64,000 nucleotides of DNA from Candidatus Omnitrophota bacterium (GCA_043823745.1 JBDRAN010000056.1:5144-69143); one strand, 5' to 3'; positions 1 to 10,514 are shown, counted from the stretch's first letter. Notes: a model not told the origin generated them from the sequence alone. Numbers and translations are program-made.

Positions 1-594
1 TTATCGTATTGTTCTGTGAAAAAATAGGCGACCGCGCGGTCATTATATGTCTGAGCTTCTTTGGGCTCTAGCGTTATCGCTTTGGTGAAATCAAGGATAG
101 CGTTCTCGTAGTTGCCCCCGTTGGCATAATCGAGCCCCCGGTTAGCGTAGGCTTTAAAATAGGCAGGGTCAAGCTTGATAGCTTTATCGTACATCACTAT
201 AGCTTTATCGGTTTTTTTCTCCTGGCTTAAGATGGTGCCGAAACCAAAATACACTTCCGCGTTGTTATTATCAAGCGACCATGCCTGGTTAAACTTTCTG
301 AGAGCAATCCGGGGGAAGCCACGACGATAATAGTTCCAGGCTCCTTTAAGATTCTGAGCAACGGCTGCTTTTATGCTACCTGCTTCTTCAATGAGAAGCT
401 TCATTACCTCTTTATCCATTTCTCTTTGGCTTCGTCCCATTTTTGAAGTCCCGTACATAGGCTCGATGCCTTCAAGTGTCATTTCCCATGTGGCATCATC
501 TTTGTTCGATACATCCCCATAGGTATTGTAGGCGCCCTGGGCGGTAAAAAGGAAGCAGAGGACAAGTAAAGCTCGCAAAATTTTTTTTCGCATA
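1..594 (-). CDS. Secreted TPR-repeat protein (signal peptide MRKKILRALLVLCFLFTAQG). The reading frame appears to shift by +1 near nt 289-300, so it may be frameshifted or a pseudogene.
   Basis: Minus-strand start at 594..592. The N-terminal frame hits TAA near 289. The TPR-like sequence (AYANRGLDYANGGNYENAILDFTKAITLEPKEAQTYNDRAVAYFF) continues in the adjacent frame down to the window edge. Confidence 0.45.
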
Positions 595-716
595 AACCCT
601 TTTTTATTGTCTGTCTAACACCGGCTTGATTCGCAACCGCAGCATATCTTTGTGTAAAAATAAAAAATACATAAGTAGAATAAAGTTTATTACTTTAAAC
701 CTAGGGAATATAATTA

Positions 717-872
717 CTATAGAAAAAATAATAATGATATAGTTCCTAATGCTATGCCGGCTATAGCGTACCCTTTTCCTTCAATAACCTCACCGGATTT
801 CAGGGTGATCATTTCAGCAAAAAGAGGAAAGGAGAAAGTGAGAAGAAAAAGGAAAATAACTATTTTTATCAT
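717..872 (-). CDS. Small hypothetical signal-peptide ORF (51 aa, MIKIVIFLFLLTFSFPLFAEMITLKSGEVIEGKGYAIAGIALG...).
   Basis: Manual translation of the minus strand. It is below the cutoff of the ORF track and has a hydrophobic N-terminus. Confidence 0.2.
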   Translation of the reverse strand: MIKIVIFLFLLTFSFPLFAEMITLKSGEVIEGKGYAIAGIALGTISLLFFL

Positions 873-1151
873 GTGCCCGTTCGCTTTATAGCACCGCTAA
901 CATCAAAATCACGATTTGACCCGATCCCAGGGGACCATGGTGCCTTACCTTTTCTAATATTTTCAATATATCATTCTTTTCGGAAAAGCGCAATTTCCCC
1001 CTTCTTTGATGTCAAGTATTAAAATAGCTTGTTCTATATAGCTTTCTGTTTATAATATCCCTGACGTGAATTACCACGAATTTGAGGAACGCTAATTTTC
1101 GCAAATGTTTTCACTAATCGCTATACGCTATTCGCTAAACGCTAGGTATAT

Positions 1152-2078
1152 ATGAACTATTTTTACGGTCCCGTTCCTTCCCGCAGGCTTGGATTTTCTT
1201 TGGGGGTTGATTTATTCCCCAAGAAAATCTGTTCATTTGATTGTGTCTATTGCCAGTTGGGAGTGGGCACCAAAAAAGTGAGACAACGCCGCAGTTATAT
1301 TGATTTGGAAGAATTTAAGCGGCAACTTACCGCTATCGTGAACCGCAAACTACACATTGACTACATTACAGTATCTGGATCAGGAGAGCCGACGCTACAC
1401 AGAAATCTTGACGGTATTATTGCACTCATTAAAAAGGTGACCAGAAACCAGTATCCGGTATGCGTGATCACGAATTCATTTTTGTTGTGTAAGAAAGCAG
1501 TGCGTAAGGAATTGGCTCAGGCAGATCTCATCATACCTTCGCTCGATGCGGCCTGCGAGCGTACCTTTTATAAAATAGATCGGCCGCTCTACGGGATAAC
1601 ACTTAAAAAAATCATCAAGGGACTTATTGCGTTGCGCAGAGAATTTCAAGGAAAGATTTGGCTTGAGATAATGCTGGTTGGCGGCATCAATGATTCATTG
1701 AAGGAAGCGCAACAGTTTAAGGCTTTAATCGCAAAAATAAAACCGGACAAAGCCCACCTTAATATCCCGGTGCGGCCATCCGGCGCAGCCATTGAGCTTT
1801 CTTCCGCCAATCGTGTAGCTATGATAAAAAAAATACTGGGGCCAAAGGCAGAAATTACCGGAAGCTTCGCTAAGCGCCGGCAGAAATATTTTTCCGGTAA
1901 CAGCAAAGAAGCTATCCTTAATTTTCTTACGCGCCGGCCGGCAAACCTTAAGGATTTATGCGCAGCCTTGGGGATCGGACTGCAGGAGGCGCGGCGTGCC
2001 TTAGGCGAGCTTACTTGTGATAAAAAGATAACGCAAACTGTATTACGCGGGAAAGGCTATTTTACTGTATGCTCTTGA
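1152..2078 (+). CDS. Radical SAM protein (CxxxCxxC = CSFDCVYC). The N-terminal motif GPVPSRRLGFSLGVDL is typical of COG0731-type Fe-S oxidoreductases.
   Basis: Cys triad near the N-terminus and a 308-aa ORF. Exact family not resolved. Confidence 0.75.
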   Translation: MNYFYGPVPSRRLGFSLGVDLFPKKICSFDCVYCQLGVGTKKVRQRRSYIDLEEFKRQLTAIVNRKLHIDYITVSGSGEPTLHRNLDGIIALIKKVTRNQYPVCVITNSFLLCKKAVRKELAQADLIIPSLDAACERTFYKIDRPLYGITLKKIIKGLIALRREFQGKIWLEIMLVGGINDSLKEAQQFKALIAKIKPDKAHLNIPVRPSGAAIELSSANRVAMIKKILGPKAEITGSFAKRRQKYFSGNSKEAILNFLTRRPANLKDLCAALGIGLQEARRALGELTCDKKITQTVLRGKGYFTVCS

Positions 2079-2090
2079 TGGTAAAACCGT

Positions 2091-2747
2091 ATGTCTTTTA
2101 TTTTTGATACTACAAAAAAAATAGTAAGCCAGCTTCCTAGCGGTGTGTCGCTGGTTGCCGCGACCAAAACGCGCGTTGTAGCCGAAATAGAGGAAGCGAT
2201 TGCCGCAGGGGTAGCTGCGATAGGAGAAAATTATGTGCAGGAGGCGCAAGAAAAGTTTAGCGTAATCGGTAATAAAGTGAAGTGGCACTTAATCGGACAT
2301 TTGCAGAAAAATAAAGCAAAGTTTGCGGTTAAGGTTTTTGATATGATCGAGACGCTTGATTCAGTCGAGCTTGCCGGCGCTCTAAATAAAGAATGTAAGA
2401 AAATAAACAAGATTATGCCGGTATTGATTGAGGTTAATTCTGCCTGCGAACCACAGAAAGCAGGGGTTCTTCCTGATCGCGTGCAAGACTTGTTGTGCGG
2501 GGTGGCTTGTTTTGGGAATATAAAAGTGATGGGTCTTATGACCATGGGGCCATTAATGGATGAGCCAGAAGTAATGCGGCCATTTTTTAAAAAAACCAAA
2601 GAAATTTTTGACGCGATACGCGCAGATTATCCCTCGAATGAGGAGTGGAAATATCTTTCCATGGGTATGAGCGATAGCTACAAGATCGCTATCGAAGAAG
2701 GTGCTAACATCGTGCGGGTAGGAACCGCCATCTTTGGAAGACGCTAA
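2091..2747 (+). CDS. yggS: YggS-family pyridoxal-phosphate homeostasis protein (alanine racemase N-terminal-like fold).
   Basis: VAATKT...GENYVQE...WHLIGHLQKNK pattern, 218 aa. Confidence 0.85.
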   Translation: MSFIFDTTKKIVSQLPSGVSLVAATKTRVVAEIEEAIAAGVAAIGENYVQEAQEKFSVIGNKVKWHLIGHLQKNKAKFAVKVFDMIETLDSVELAGALNKECKKINKIMPVLIEVNSACEPQKAGVLPDRVQDLLCGVACFGNIKVMGLMTMGPLMDEPEVMRPFFKKTKEIFDAIRADYPSNEEWKYLSMGMSDSYKIAIEEGANIVRVGTAIFGRR

Positions 2748-2901
2748 TCATCACTAGAAGGACCATGCAACCAAGTATTTGCTTTATTGTCGGTGGACTG
2801 TGGACTATGGACCGTGGACTTTCCCCCAAACGCTATACGGTGCGAAGCCGTGCAAAACCTCCCCGTCAGGGGATCCCCGAAGGGGACTATACGTTTAAAA
2901 T

Positions 2902-3237
2902 ATGTTTACGCGTATAAGATTTTTATTATTGGCTGTGTTTTTGTTCGTGGGGGGAGGGTGTGTCCAAATGGGAGATTACGTCGGCGTGCGGCATGGCTAT
3001 GTGACCGGCGGCATAAAACAAAGGTTTGGAGTCGGGGCCGATAAAAAGAATTATCTGGTAACCGATGGCGATGTAGTACTTATTGTCAATGATACCAAGA
3101 AAGCGGTTCAAGCAAAGCTTGGACTTCCTGATGTAATGAGTAAAAATATAGACGGTTATGATTGCTGGGAATATCGCGAGCGCAAACTCAAACTATACTT
3201 TAATGAAGATTCTTTGAGAAGTTGGGAAGTTCTGTAG
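2902..3237 (+). CDS. Hypothetical lipoprotein (lipobox FVGGGC).
   Basis: Signal peptide plus a Cys lipobox, 111 aa. Confidence 0.5.
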   Translation: MFTRIRFLLLAVFLFVGGGCVQMGDYVGVRHGYVTGGIKQRFGVGADKKNYLVTDGDVVLIVNDTKKAVQAKLGLPDVMSKNIDGYDCWEYRERKLKLYFNEDSLRSWEVL

Positions 3238-3326
3238 ATGCTGTAGGCTATCGGTGCCGATCCACAGGATTAAAAATACTCTACCTTTTGTATCTTTTAT
3301 CTAGCCTAAAACCTTTACCCTAGAGC

Positions 3327-4598
3327 CTACAGCTTCTTATTGAGTTCCCTCACAAAATTCTTTATTTCCCAGAATTCTTTAAATGTATGTTGCTGGAAAG
3401 AGCCGAAGATAGAATTGTTATGAAGAAGCGGTTCGTTGAACTCCTTGCCGTAATGTTCAAAGAGCGGCGTATCCGGAACGGGTGAGAATTCTGCCAGGGA
3501 TACCTTCAAGCCCAGCGCGATCAGGAAGAGCACATCTTCTTTTAACCGGACCAGATCTTGTCCGGGATAACCTAAAAGTAAATATACACTTGCCTCTCCG
3601 TTTTTAAAGCCACCTTGTTTTAGGTGAGCTGCGCCTTTTATTACGTCATGATGATCTATTTTGTCTCCCCAAAGTTTTTGTAACTCTGGGTCAAGTGTCT
3701 CAAGGCCAAAATGAGGATTGGTAAAACCTGATGTTTTTAAGAGGGAGGCTATCTCATCGTCGAGAAAGCGCATATGGAGAGCATTCGGCGTATGGAAGCG
3801 AATGCCAAGCTTTGCCGCGGTGATGTTTCGCAATAAGGATTTCGCGTAATCAGATTCATAGAGAAATGCGTCATCGTAGAGCACATAGTCACGCACCCCT
3901 TTTCTGCAATAGCCGCTGATATAATCGATTATTGAGGCCTGCGGCATTTGCAAAAAGGTGCCCGGGAAAAGTTTTCTTATTGCGCAGAAGCTGCAATTAA
4001 ATGGACACCCCCAGGAAGTTCTTAAGACCACATAGTCAAGTGTCTGGTAAAATTCTTCATAGCGGGGTAGTGTTGTGTAGAGGTCCCGTGGTTGACAGGT
4101 AATTCCCAGGTACGTGAAGAATTCTTCTATCTGGTTGTTCGCAAAAACACGGTCATATAAGGTGTTATGCGCCGCGTGGTCATTGCAGAGCGTTGCGTAG
4201 GTGCCGCCCAAAAGTATTTTTGCCGCCGGAAATTTTTCTTTTACCAGCCGTGCCGCTTCAATGATGCCGGGATACCAATAGGTCATCGATGAGGTAATAA
4301 GAATATAGTCGGGGTTTTTGCCCTCAAGGGCAGCCTTAAAAACATCACGATTGATGCCGTATCGTTTATAATGGCGGGGGATTGTCTTAAAGATTCCAGG
4401 CTTTTCTACAATCACGCAAGCGTATTTGCCTCTGCCGAAGTCGCCGGCGCTGGTCTTTTTATCGAGACAGTCAATATAATCAACATGGATGCCCTGGTTC
4501 TTTAAATACTCAAGAATCACTAAAAAACCGTAGGGTTTCAGCCAAAAATCATAGGCGGCAAAGTCGTATATCCAGGGGTTTATGGCGAGTATATTCAC
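3327..4598 (-). CDS. B12-binding-domain radical SAM protein (probable GTG start).
   Basis: N-terminal cobalamin-binding Rossmann-like region (ILITSSMTYW...ILLGG) followed by WGCPFNCSFC (CxxxCxxC). Confidence 0.8.
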   Translation of the reverse strand: MNILAINPWIYDFAAYDFWLKPYGFLVILEYLKNQGIHVDYIDCLDKKTSAGDFGRGKYACVIVEKPGIFKTIPRHYKRYGINRDVFKAALEGKNPDYILITSSMTYWYPGIIEAARLVKEKFPAAKILLGGTYATLCNDHAAHNTLYDRVFANNQIEEFFTYLGITCQPRDLYTTLPRYEEFYQTLDYVVLRTSWGCPFNCSFCAIRKLFPGTFLQMPQASIIDYISGYCRKGVRDYVLYDDAFLYESDYAKSLLRNITAAKLGIRFHTPNALHMRFLDDEIASLLKTSGFTNPHFGLETLDPELQKLWGDKIDHHDVIKGAAHLKQGGFKNGEASVYLLLGYPGQDLVRLKEDVLFLIALGLKVSLAEFSPVPDTPLFEHYGKEFNEPLLHNNSIFGSFQQHTFKEFWEIKNFVRELNKKL

Positions 4599-4750
4599 TA
4601 AATCATTATAGCAGATGTGGTATAATAAAAAAGCGGATAGCGGTTAGCGAATAGCGAATAGTAAAGAATGTGTAATTTTTCAATTTTTTAACTAACCGCT
4701 ATACGGTGCGAAGCCTCCCCGGAGGGGACTCAACACTCTACGCTATTCAT

Positions 4751-5737
4751 ATGGTAGAAGAACTTTTCGATAAGACAATTCGTGATCACCACATGCTTGC
4801 GCGTAAGGATCGAGTTATCCTTGGTGTCTCAGGGGGGCCTGACTCTGTGTGCATGCTCAAGCAGTTCGTGCGCATAAAGGGTGAATATAAATGTGCCCTG
4901 GTGTGCGCGCATTTTAATCATAGTTTAAGGCCCCAAGCTGATGCGGAGGAAGCGTTTGTCAAAGAGCTCTGCAAGGAACTCGGAGTTACGTTTACCAGCG
5001 AGAAAAAAGATGTGCAGAAGCTTTATCGAGGCGATTCATTAGAACAGTCAGCGAGGAATTTACGTTTTGATTTTTTTGTGCGTGTTGCTCACGAGCATAA
5101 GGCAAAAAAGCTTGCGCTCGCACATCATAAAGACGATGTGGTCGAAACAACTCTGATGCGTATTATTCGGGGTACCGCGCTTCGGGGGCTTCGCGGGATT
5201 CTACCTGTAACAAAGATACGTGGCCTTGCGGTAATCAGACCCCTTCTTGCTATCCGTAAAGACGAGATACTCCAGTGGCTTGAAATTCATAAGGTACCGT
5301 ATATGCTTGATGACAGTAACCTCGAAGATAAGTTTTTCAGAAATAAAATCAGGCTTAACCTGCTTCCCCAGCTTACGCAGTTTAACCCCAACATTAGCGG
5401 AGCTCTTTTTAACTTGGCGCGTCTGGCTGCGCTTGATTATGAGTGTATTCGTCGTTTCACCAAAGAAAAATATGAGCGTCTCAAAAAACAAAAAGGCCGC
5501 CACTATATTAAACTTTCTTTGGCGCAATTGGCCTCTGAGCCCGAGGCTATGCTGCTTAATATCATGCGGTTTGCCATCGAGGAGCTTAAGGGGGATACAC
5601 GTAAGCTCGAATTGCGGCATCTTGAAGAAATTATGGATTTAATCCGGCATAGACCCAACTATAGCATCGTCGATTTACCTGATTTAGAGGTAAAAAAAGA
5701 AGAGCATTGGCTTGTTATCAAGTCCTTGCTTTTTTAA
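4751..5737 (+). CDS. tilS: tRNA(Ile)-lysidine synthetase.
   Basis: PP-loop SGGPDS (VILGVSGGPDSVCML). The in-frame ORF opens at 4706; an ATG at 4751 is the preferred start. Confidence 0.8.
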   Translation: MVEELFDKTIRDHHMLARKDRVILGVSGGPDSVCMLKQFVRIKGEYKCALVCAHFNHSLRPQADAEEAFVKELCKELGVTFTSEKKDVQKLYRGDSLEQSARNLRFDFFVRVAHEHKAKKLALAHHKDDVVETTLMRIIRGTALRGLRGILPVTKIRGLAVIRPLLAIRKDEILQWLEIHKVPYMLDDSNLEDKFFRNKIRLNLLPQLTQFNPNISGALFNLARLAALDYECIRRFTKEKYERLKKQKGRHYIKLSLAQLASEPEAMLLNIMRFAIEELKGDTRKLELRHLEEIMDLIRHRPNYSIVDLPDLEVKKEEHWLVIKSLLF

Positions 5738-5832
5738 CATATTTGATTATAATACCTTCTACTTGCGTATACGTATCATGGCTCGATAGGTTTGCTTTTT
5801 CAATCCACCGATATATTGTCAAACTCCTTTAG

Positions 5833-7749
5833 ATGAACATGAAAAAAGATAAACAAAATAAGAAAATCCCTTCGAACTCCAATTTTTTAAGGGGGGTTTC
5901 TATCTTTTTCCTGTTTTTGCTTGGCCTTATGTGGCTCAGCGCTATCTTTTCGGTAAAACTTAATGTTAAAACCCTTGAGTATGGAGATTTTTATCGTCTC
6001 CTGGAAACCAATACTCAGAACGGATACCTGCAGTCGGCCAAAAAGGTCGAAAATCTCATTGAGGGTGAATTTAGCACTCAGGGTGCCACCAAGATCGGTG
6101 AAGGGCGTTACCAGGCCTTCAAGGTATATATTCCTGACGATGACAAGGATACGGTGGCGCTCTTGCGGAAAAACGTCGCACAGTTTGAGGTCGAGCCGCC
6201 ACGTACCTTTTGGGCAAATCTTATCTATTCACTGCCAATGCTTTTTATCCTTGCCTTAGTATTTTTTTCCTATTATCGGGGGAATCAGCTGGGCTCAAAG
6301 GTGTGGAGTTTTGGCCGGACGCGCGCGCAGATTATCGAGAAAGAAAAGTCGACGAAAGTAACGTTTAAGGATGTTGCCGGTATTGAAGAGGCAAAGGATG
6401 AATTGAAGGAAATTATTGATTTCTTACGTGATCCGAAAAGATTCCAGCGTCTCGGCGGAAGAATTCCGAAAGGGGTTCTCTTGGTTGGTCCTCCGGGTTG
6501 CGGAAAAACGCTTCTTGCGAAAGCTGTTGCCGGGGAGGCGGAAGTACCTTTTTTTAGCATCAGCGGTTCTGATTTTGTGGAGATGTTTGTTGGTGTGGGT
6601 GCTTCGCGGGTGCGTGATCTTTTTGAGCAGGCGAAAAAAGCTTCGAAAACAGGCGGCAAAGGGTGTATTGTTTTTATCGATGAGATCGATGCGGTCGGCC
6701 GTCAGCGCTTTTCCGGTATCGGCGGCGGCCATGATGAGCGGGAGCAAACGCTTAATCAACTTCTTGTGGAAATGGACGGTTTTCATAGCGATGAAGCAGT
6801 GATCGTATGCGCTGCGACTAACAGGCCCGACGTGCTTGATCCGGCGCTGCTGCGACCGGGCAGATTTGACCGGCATATTGTTATTTATCCGCCCGATATT
6901 AAGGGAAGGGAAGAGATCTTGAAGGTTCACACCCGTAAGATAAAGTTGGCCAAAGAAGTCGATCTTGCGGCGATTGCCAAGCAAACACCGGGTTTCTCCG
7001 GAGCCGATTTAGAGAATCTTTGTAATGAAGCGGCGCTGACGGCTGCGCGTCTTAATAAAGAAGCGGTGGAGCAACCGCAACTTGCTTCTTCAATCGAACG
7101 CGTGATGATGGGCCCCGAAAAAAAGAGTCGTGTCATGTCTGCGCATGAAAAGAAACTGACCGCGTACCATGAATCCGGTCACGCACTCCTTTCGCTTCTT
7201 ATTCCTGAAATAAATCCGATGACAAAGGTTTCGATTATTCCCCGCGGTATGGCCGGAGGGTATACGTTTGCGCCGCCGCAGGAAGACCGGCACTATCGTT
7301 CCCGGAAAGAGTTGTTAGGCGATATTACCATGGTGCTTGGGGGGAGAGTTGCCGAAGAATTTACCTTTGGAGATATTACGACCGGCGCGACCAAAGACCT
7401 TGAAGAAGTCACGCATATAGCGCGCCAGATGGTTTGTGATTATGGTATGAGCGAGCGCCTCGGAGCAAGGACTCTCGGTAAATCTCACGGCCCGCTTTTT
7501 TTAGGCCGTGATTTAGTTGAGGAAAAAGATTATAGTAACGAAACCGCTCGCATTATTGACGAAGAGGTAAAGCAGATCATTGACGCCTGTCTTTCCCGCG
7601 CGCGCCAGCTTATTCATGATAATGCGGGTAAGCTGAAACTGTTGGCGGATGCGTTGATTGAAAAAGAAGTGCTTGATGCCGAACGGGTAAAAGAAATTAT
7701 CGGATTAAACGCACCGAATAATGTTGCTCCCGGCACCGCAGCAGCTTGA
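5833..7749 (+). CDS. ftsH: ATP-dependent zinc metalloprotease FtsH.
   Basis: N-terminal TM segments, Walker [12 protein letters not shown] region, HESGHAL zinc site, 638 aa. Confidence 0.95.
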   Translation: MNMKKDKQNKKIPSNSNFLRGVSIFFLFLLGLMWLSAIFSVKLNVKTLEYGDFYRLLETNTQNGYLQSAKKVENLIEGEFSTQGATKIGEGRYQAFKVYIPDDDKDTVALLRKNVAQFEVEPPRTFWANLIYSLPMLFILALVFFSYYRGNQLGSKVWSFGRTRAQIIEKEKSTKVTFKDVAGIEEAKDELKEIIDFLRDPKRFQRLGGRIPKGVLLVGPPGCGKTLLAKAVAGEAEVPFFSISGSDFVEMFVGVGASRVRDLFEQAKKASKTGGKGCIVFIDEIDAVGRQRFSGIGGGHDEREQTLNQLLVEMDGFHSDEAVIVCAATNRPDVLDPALLRPGRFDRHIVIYPPDIKGREEILKVHTRKIKLAKEVDLAAIAKQTPGFSGADLENLCNEAALTAARLNKEAVEQPQLASSIERVMMGPEKKSRVMSAHEKKLTAYHESGHALLSLLIPEINPMTKVSIIPRGMAGGYTFAPPQEDRHYRSRKELLGDITMVLGGRVAEEFTFGDITTGATKDLEEVTHIARQMVCDYGMSERLGARTLGKSHGPLFLGRDLVEEKDYSNETARIIDEEVKQIIDACLSRARQLIHDNAGKLKLLADALIEKEVLDAERVKEIIGLNAPNNVAPGTAAA

Positions 7750-7767
7750 AGGCGCCCTGCGCCCGGT

Positions 7768-9009
7768 GTGTGCCCCCACGCTATTCTATACCACATGAGA
7801 ATAATTCCTCTCGAAATTCGTAACTCCGCTAACGCAGTTCATTTTTTTTCACGGATCAGCGCAAGCCAAGTAGGTGTCGGTATCCTTGTCCCCAAGAGTA
7901 TTCATCTGGTGTTTAGCATCGAGGATATAAGCTCATGGGAAGCAAATGTCATTAAACAGCATTTACTTTCTTTGGGCAGCGATTGCGCTATCGCTCGTGA
8001 TGCCCTTATCAAAAAGATAAAAACTTCTATTGTTATTTTTGGTAGTCTGACACAATTGCGCCGGTTGTGCCAGAAGCTGCACGATCAACCGTTTAATCTT
8101 AAAAAGATCGCCGCCCAGCTTACGGTTTGTTTGGATAATTGTTTACGTGATCGAGTAACGCTGAGCATTCGCGGGACAACGCTCACAATAAAAAAACCGA
8201 TTATCTGTGGGATTATCAACTTGACGTCGGACTCTTTTTCAGGGGACGGTTTATTGAAGGATCTGACCGGCGTTTCCGTTCAGGATGAGGCGCTCACCCA
8301 GGCCCGGGAAATGGTGGAGCAGGGAGCAACGATGCTTGATATTGGAGCGGAATCGAGCCGTCCGGGTTCGTTGCCGGTGCCCGAGAAAGAAGAACGCGCT
8401 CGGCTCCTGCCGATATTGCGACTCCTGCGCCGGGAATTTAAAAAAGTTCTTATTTCGGTGGATACCTATAAATATACGGTCGCGCGAGCGGCGATTGAGG
8501 AGGGCGTGGACATTATCAATGATATTACCGGCCTGCGGCATGCGCCGGGTATAGCCAAGCTCATCAGCCGCTATAAGACCGGCTGTGTTCTGATGCATAT
8601 GAAAGGCCGGCCTCGTTCGATGCAGCGCGCTCCGCGGTATAAGGATGTTATCGCCGACGTTGCTGATTTTTTTACCGAGCGAATCGCGTTTTGTGAGAAT
8701 TCAGGGATCCGTAGCGAGCAACTTATTCTTGATCCCGGTATAGGTTTTGGGAAACGCGTGGAGGATAATCTTCGGCTTATTAATGAATTGAGTGCGTTTA
8801 AAAAGTTCGGGAGGCCCATTTTCATTGGTATATCGCGTAAGTCATTTATCGGAAATATTCTCGGCATCCCCGTCAGCGAACGTCTTTCAGGGGCATTGGC
8901 AGCAACGGTGCTCGCCGTTGCGGCCGGCGCGCGCATTGTACGCGTGCATGATGTCCACGAGACGGTACAGGCGACTCGAATCTTTTCGGCGATAACAAAT
9001 GCGCAGTAA
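7768..9009 (+). CDS. folP: Dihydropteroate synthase with an uncharacterised N-terminal extension of about 145 aa.
   Basis: The DHPS signature GIINLTSDSFSGDG begins near residue 150, with the pterin-binding barrel following. The ORF stays open from a GTG directly after ftsH. Confidence 0.8.
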   Translation: MCPHAILYHMRIIPLEIRNSANAVHFFSRISASQVGVGILVPKSIHLVFSIEDISSWEANVIKQHLLSLGSDCAIARDALIKKIKTSIVIFGSLTQLRRLCQKLHDQPFNLKKIAAQLTVCLDNCLRDRVTLSIRGTTLTIKKPIICGIINLTSDSFSGDGLLKDLTGVSVQDEALTQAREMVEQGATMLDIGAESSRPGSLPVPEKEERARLLPILRLLRREFKKVLISVDTYKYTVARAAIEEGVDIINDITGLRHAPGIAKLISRYKTGCVLMHMKGRPRSMQRAPRYKDVIADVADFFTERIAFCENSGIRSEQLILDPGIGFGKRVEDNLRLINELSAFKKFGRPIFIGISRKSFIGNILGIPVSERLSGALAATVLAVAAGARIVRVHDVHETVQATRIFSAITNAQ

Positions 9010-9103
9010 TTAATGCAAACAGTAGGCCCTTTGGTGGCGTGGAAGACCATTGTTGAAACAGGAATGCTTTGGGCAGCGGTCAAATCTCAAGGGGTATAGA
9101 CCT

Positions 9104-9817
9104 ATGAAGCTCGGTGTAAACGTTGATCATGTCGCGACGCTGCGTCAGTCACGTGGAACGCTCTACCCTGATCCGGTTGTAGCTGCCATGCTCTGTGAGC
9201 ATGCGGGTTGCGATTCTGTTGTGGTCCATTTGCGTGAGGATCGCCGGCATATCCAGGATCGTGATGTCATGATGCTTGCGCGCGCTCTCACGGTTCCGAT
9301 TAATCTTGAAATGTCGGTTAATAAAAATATCGTGGACATTGCGGTTGCGGTCAAGCCGGCGCAGGCGACGCTGGTCCCTGAGCGCAGGCAGGAGTTAACG
9401 ACCGAAGGAGGCATTGATCTTATCATCCATTATAGAAAAGTAGCGAGTGCCGCTAGCCGCCTTAAGGCCGCCGGGATACAGGTAAGTTTATTTATTGATC
9501 CTGACCCTCGCCAAATTAAAAAGGCAAAGGAAATCGGCGCAGATTTACTTGAGCTTAATACCGGAAAATATTCTGAAGCGCACACGCCGCCCGCTGTTAG
9601 AAAAGAATTAAAGAAGATAAAAGATGCGGCGGGTCTGGCCAAGAAGCTTGGATTCTTTGTCGCGGCCGGCCACGGTATTGATTATGAGAATGTAAAAGCG
9701 ATCTTGAAAATTAAAGAGATCGGGGAGTTGAACATCGGTCACTCTATAATTTGCAGGGCAGTATTTGTGGGGATGGTTGCTGCGGTAGAGGAGATGCTAT
9801 CGTTGCTACAGAGGTAG
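9104..9817 (+). CDS. pdxJ: Pyridoxine 5'-phosphate synthase.
   Basis: KLGVNVDHVATLRQSRG...HLREDRRHI, with SD AAGGGG upstream of the ATG at 9104. Confidence 0.9.
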   Translation: MKLGVNVDHVATLRQSRGTLYPDPVVAAMLCEHAGCDSVVVHLREDRRHIQDRDVMMLARALTVPINLEMSVNKNIVDIAVAVKPAQATLVPERRQELTTEGGIDLIIHYRKVASAASRLKAAGIQVSLFIDPDPRQIKKAKEIGADLLELNTGKYSEAHTPPAVRKELKKIKDAAGLAKKLGFFVAAGHGIDYENVKAILKIKEIGELNIGHSIICRAVFVGMVAAVEEMLSLLQR

Positions 9818-9881
9818 AAGGCCACCGAATCACAAAGTCACAGGTGCCACGCCACACGCTACAAGCAAAGGGAGGTGAACG

Positions 9882-10361
9882 ATGGAGAAGAAAAAAGCAA
9901 TTAGTCTGGGTTTTGCCTTACTTCTTATTTTTGTGCTTATTGGTGTATTTATTCAAATAAGTATTTATGACTATATTGAGAAACAAAAAGAAGGGGATAA
10001 ACAACAAGTCGATTTAATTATTTCTGGAAAATTGCCTGAGAGTTTACGATGCGTTAAGGAGATAAAAATTAAAAATCAGGAATTATTAATTTCATTAGAC
10101 GATACTGCTTCTTTTAGCTATAGCGAGAGAATCTCGGGAAATCCAGTTGTTTTTAAGAGTAATGGTGAGTCACAATTACTCTATAGTTCATGCAGATACT
10201 CAAATAACGAAAGCTATTATAGAGAGAGCTTAAATTTAGTGTGGTTTGATGGGAGGAGTGCCAAATTTTTGACAACGGTAACGTATAGTGGGGATACAAA
10301 ACCAGTGGTTCATAAAAGAGAGTTCATAGTGAATGAACAATCTTTATCCGTCACAGAGTGA
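9882..10361 (+). CDS. Hypothetical secreted or membrane-anchored protein in an AT-rich insertion between pdxJ and acpS.
   Basis: Hydrophobic N-terminus and GC well below the flanks. Confidence 0.45.
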   Translation: MEKKKAISLGFALLLIFVLIGVFIQISIYDYIEKQKEGDKQQVDLIISGKLPESLRCVKEIKIKNQELLISLDDTASFSYSERISGNPVVFKSNGESQLLYSSCRYSNNESYYRESLNLVWFDGRSAKFLTTVTYSGDTKPVVHKREFIVNEQSLSVTE

Positions 10362-10514
10362 CGGAGTAGTTTAAATAATTGAGAACTTTAAAGAAATCTA
10401 AAAATATATAAAGTTCTCTGATTACACAGATTAAATATAGATTCCAGCGATTAAGAATATTAAAATCACTGTAATCATTTCATAATCCCTGTAATCAAAA
10501 GGTTTATAATTAAG

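Noticed and set aside
2787-3044. Track ORF 2787..3044 overlapping the lipoprotein ORF in another frame.
   Set aside because: It is Arg/Cys-rich with no signal or motif. The 2902..3237 frame, with lipobox and SD-like context, is preferred.
6424-6984. Antisense ORFs from the six-frame track inside ftsH, and similar ones inside pilT (45816..46454), the coiled-coil gene (55458..55976), the response regulator (16558..16983) and elsewhere.
   Set aside because: They lie opposite well-supported conserved genes, have low-complexity or Arg/Ser-rich composition, and lack RBS or homology. They are spurious.
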